This document shows, in pieces, positions 14,097 to 16,065 of a stretch of 16,065 bases of DNA (position 1 is the stretch's first letter; each line of letters begins with the position of its first letter). The translations under genes were made by a program, and so were the position numbers. The stretch lies in the IMG/VR virus record IMGVR_UViG_3300009514_000697; one strand, 5' to 3'. Under the pieces are notes generated by a model. That model did no database searches and was not told the DNA's origin. It saw only the letters and a list, made by a program, of their open reading frames with translations. Source of the stretch: a virus.

Positions 14097-14354
14097 TTAG
14101 TCATTTTTAAGGGGGTTTCTAGGTGAGTCTGGTAAAATGGGTAGGGGTGGACTAGAAACCCGTTGAAACGGGCTGTATTCGTTTCTCAGGGGTTCATATG
14201 AAGCTCTATTATCTTCTAGAGTCTCGCATTTTAATTGTATGTTTCTATATCTGTGTTCTGTATCCGACCACAAATATCCAAGCAAAACCCCTATCCAGAA
14301 CAGGGCTATTGTGGCTACAACTTTAAGTTGTTTCCATTGGATATGGCTATCCAC
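14097..14354 (-). CDS. possible membrane-anchored protein, 85 aa, GTG start
   Basis: ORF track. One TM helix (VVATIALFWIGVLLGYLW) and a Pro-rich tail. The GTG start overlaps the end of the upstream zinc-ribbon micro-gene by 8 nt. No SD. Confidence 0.35.
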   Translation of the reverse strand: MDSHIQWKQLKVVATIALFWIGVLLGYLWSDTEHRYRNIQLKCETLEDNRASYEPLRNEYSPFQRVSSPPLPILPDSPRNPLKND

Positions 14355-14520
14355 CAGTACCCAAGTCTGAACCTAAATCATCAAAGTAGTCTTTCAGGGC
14401 AATTCCTGTTTCTACTCTACATTGAGTAGAACAGTAGAAAGGGAATATTGAAGAATCGGATTCGATTAGCGGTTGGTGACAGTAAATACAGGTCTTGGTC
14501 TTTGTAGTAATTTTTTCCAT
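14347..14520 (-). CDS. zinc-ribbon micro-protein, 57 aa (MEKITTKTKTCIYCHQPLIESDSSIFPFYCSTQCRVETGIALKDYFDDLGSDLGTGG)
   Basis: Hand translation. CxxC and CxxxC pairs are 15 residues apart. GAGGT lies 4 nt upstream of ATG 14520. It sits 24 nt downstream of the metallopeptidase gene. It is below the ORF cutoff. Confidence 0.45.
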   Translation of the reverse strand: MEKITTKTKTCIYCHQPLIESDSSIFPFYCSTQCRVETGIALKDYFDDLGSDLGTGG

Positions 14521-14544
14521 TGTTACCTCACTCTTTTCAATTAT

Positions 14545-15288
14545 TTATACAACGGAATCTGATTCTGCTTTTTGGGCTTTTCTGGCTACCGCTTTAACAT
14601 AGTAATTAACTTTTTTCTGGTATTCCTTAGATTTCTTTTGGGCATTGAGCATAACCTTATCCCACTTTGCCAGTAGCTTTCTATTCTTTTCCAGTTTATA
14701 TTCGACAGTGTTTTTGAGTTTTCTTTGTTCTTTTTTCTTAGTTTTCTTCTCTGCTTCTTTTTTTCTCTTTTGGATTTTGGCTTGAAATATCTTTCTAGAA
14801 ACCATATTCTCTTTTCTCATTTCCTTGACAATTTTTTTCCAGACCGTATCTTGGACTTCCCTGAATTTGATAATCACCTTGTAAGAATGAACGTTTGCTA
14901 CAAACTCTTTTCTTGATCTGGTACTGGTTCGGATATTAGGGTCAACAGTGTGATATAGTTCATGGGCAATCAGATGAAGAATAACTTCGGTTCGATTGTT
15001 GATAATAAAAGAGGGGGAATACTTGAATCGGGAATCTGCAATATCGTATGGGAATTTATAAGAACTGAAAGGTAAAATATTTTTACTGATATTCAGGTTT
15101 ACCCATCTTTCCCACCCATCATAGTTTGCTGTACCAGACCAACTCCTATCCTTGTTCTTTACAATGATGGGGAGTTTCTTGAAAGCTCCGATTTCTGTAT
15201 GTTGAATAGCAAAGTCAATTAAGACTTTCAGATATGCTGTTGAGTATTTAGAAGTATTTTTTATCGTGTATGTTTTATTTTTCTTCAA
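14545..15288 (-). CDS. HExxH minimal zinc metallopeptidase (ImmA/IrrE- or SprT-like zincin) with a ~110-aa Lys-rich C-terminal tail. TTG start.
   Basis: ILHLIAHELYHTV is a HExxH motif in a hydrophobic context typical of minimal zincins. The C-terminal third is K/E/R-rich and predicted helical. The start is TTG at 15288, and AAGGAG lies exactly 7 nt upstream of it. Confidence 0.65.
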   Translation of the reverse strand: MKKNKTYTIKNTSKYSTAYLKVLIDFAIQHTEIGAFKKLPIIVKNKDRSWSGTANYDGWERWVNLNISKNILPFSSYKFPYDIADSRFKYSPSFIINNRTEVILHLIAHELYHTVDPNIRTSTRSRKEFVANVHSYKVIIKFREVQDTVWKKIVKEMRKENMVSRKIFQAKIQKRKKEAEKKTKKKEQRKLKNTVEYKLEKNRKLLAKWDKVMLNAQKKSKEYQKKVNYYVKAVARKAQKAESDSVV

Positions 15289-15469
15289 CTTCGATCTCCT
15301 TCAAATCAGCCATTGCTGTGATAAATTTCTGTTTGTGGGATTCTACTGAACCTAATAAATTTACCTGCCTTTTAGATGGTGTTAATAAATCTCTCCCCTT
15401 CGGTTGCATTAGCATAACAGGGTGGGATATAAAATGCTCCCACAATATTTCTGCCGATTTTGCATCCAT
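15275..15469 (-). CDS. hypothetical protein, 64 aa
   Basis: ORF track. GGTAGG lies 5 nt upstream of ATG 15469. Its TAA overlaps the SD and start region of the metallopeptidase gene. Confidence 0.5.
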   Translation of the reverse strand: MDAKSAEILWEHFISHPVMLMQPKGRDLLTPSKRQVNLLGSVESHKQKFITAMADLKEIEVEEK

Positions 15470-15476
15470 GCTGAAC

Positions 15477-15680
15477 CTACCTTTTCATAAACTTGCGGAT
15501 GTTCTTTCCTGCAATTTCCTTTGACCTGTGTTCAATTTTTTTGTTGATGATTTCCAGTTTTTTGTGGTACTCTTTTTTGAAATCGTTAAACTCTTTAGAC
15601 AATTTCTTTCTGGCATCCAAGAAACCTTCCAATGCCTTGTCCAGTTCCTTTACCTTTTTTTTGTTGTCTTTATTTTTCAT
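15477..15680 (-). CDS. Lys-rich helical/coiled-coil protein, 67 aa
   Basis: ORF track. AGAGGA lies 3-4 nt upstream of ATG 15680. It ends 7 nt before the next ATG. Confidence 0.5.
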   Translation of the reverse strand: MKNKDNKKKVKELDKALEGFLDARKKLSKEFNDFKKEYHKKLEIINKKIEHRSKEIAGKNIRKFMKR

Positions 15681-15689
15681 GGTTCCTCT

Positions 15690-15965
15690 TTAAATTTTAA
15701 ATGGGTTCACTTTTTTTACATCTTCACCATTGCGGGTGGCTAGTACGATATCCCGAACCATTTCTCGATCAGTACTATCCCCTACGAATTCCAAATTAGG
15801 TCTAATTTCTTTTCGGAGACTAATTGCCTTTTTCATTTCTGATTCAGTCAAACCATCAATGGGATACAGGCCACCTTTTCCATAAAAGGTAAAGAAATAT
15901 TCTTTGAAATATTCTTTGAAATTCGGGCTACTTGGTTCCATGTCTGCTTCGTTATATTTTTTCAT
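15690..15965 (-). CDS. hypothetical protein, 91 aa from ATG 15965. The ORF-track 102-aa version starts at ATG 15998.
   Basis: The internal ATG at 15965 has CAAGGAGAAAGAAAA upstream, giving an 8-nt spacer. The ATG at 15998 would need a leaderless or SD-less start. Confidence 0.5.
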   Translation of the reverse strand: MKKYNEADMEPSSPNFKEYFKEYFFTFYGKGGLYPIDGLTESEMKKAISLRKEIRPNLEFVGDSTDREMVRDIVLATRNGEDVKKVNPFKI

Positions 15966-16006
15966 TTTTCTTTCTCCTTGTTCAAGTTCCTTAACCATCT
16001 ACCTTT

Positions 16007-16035
16007 AATATAGCATTTTAAATCTCATAAAACAA
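16007..16035 (-). promoter_or_regulatory. extended -10 promoter candidate. On the minus strand the -35 is TTGTTT (16035..16030), the spacer is 17 bp and the -10 is TGcTATATT (16015..16007).
   Basis: The TG-extended -10 plus a TTG -35 is the best sigma70 match in the window. The predicted start site is ~16000, just upstream of the first gene in the rightmost operon. Confidence 0.35.
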
Positions 16036-16065
16036 GAGTCATATTAAAATAAAAAAGGTGATTTC

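Noticed and set aside
1-16065. Eukaryotic giant-virus origin, prompted by MVP and GMD
   Set aside because: Consistent AGGAG Shine-Dalgarno spacing, ATGA translational coupling and TTG/GTG starts indicate bacterial-type translation.

Overview
This window is AT-rich, roughly one-third G+C by eye, and reads as prokaryotic. Almost every credible gene has an AGGAG-type Shine-Dalgarno sequence 5-9 nt upstream of its start. All credible genes lie on the minus strand. Many of them share 4-nt ATGA or TAATG stop/start overlaps, and many are shorter than 60 aa. My inference is that this is an accessory or early-gene module of a large dsDNA phage or prophage from a low-GC host. It does not look like cellular core genome or a eukaryotic giant virus. 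That is because of the ribosome-binding sites, the single-strand orientation, the chains of translationally coupled micro-genes, and the absence of capsid, tail or terminase genes here. The products I can recognise are listed below. (1) A full-length major vault protein (MVP) homolog at 5898-8501. (2) GDP-mannose 4,6-dehydratase at 10189-11154. (3) A class-II CCA-adding tRNA nucleotidyltransferase at 11820-13082. (4) An HExxH minimal zinc metallopeptidase with a Lys-rich tail at 14545-15288. (5) A probable C39/papain-fold cysteine peptidase at 11275-11769. The left end (896-1948) is a ~1.05 kb array of ~65 degenerate 12-bp repeats. The array is interrupted by five copies of a ~40-bp junction module that create five tandem, overlapping mini-ORFs. 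Several runs of sub-60-aa genes were missed by the ORF track cutoff, including membrane peptides and Cys-rich zinc-ribbon candidates. I translated these by hand from the sequence. I saw no rRNA, tRNA, CRISPR array, integrase or transposase. All homology statements rest on motif recognition from memory, not on database searches.
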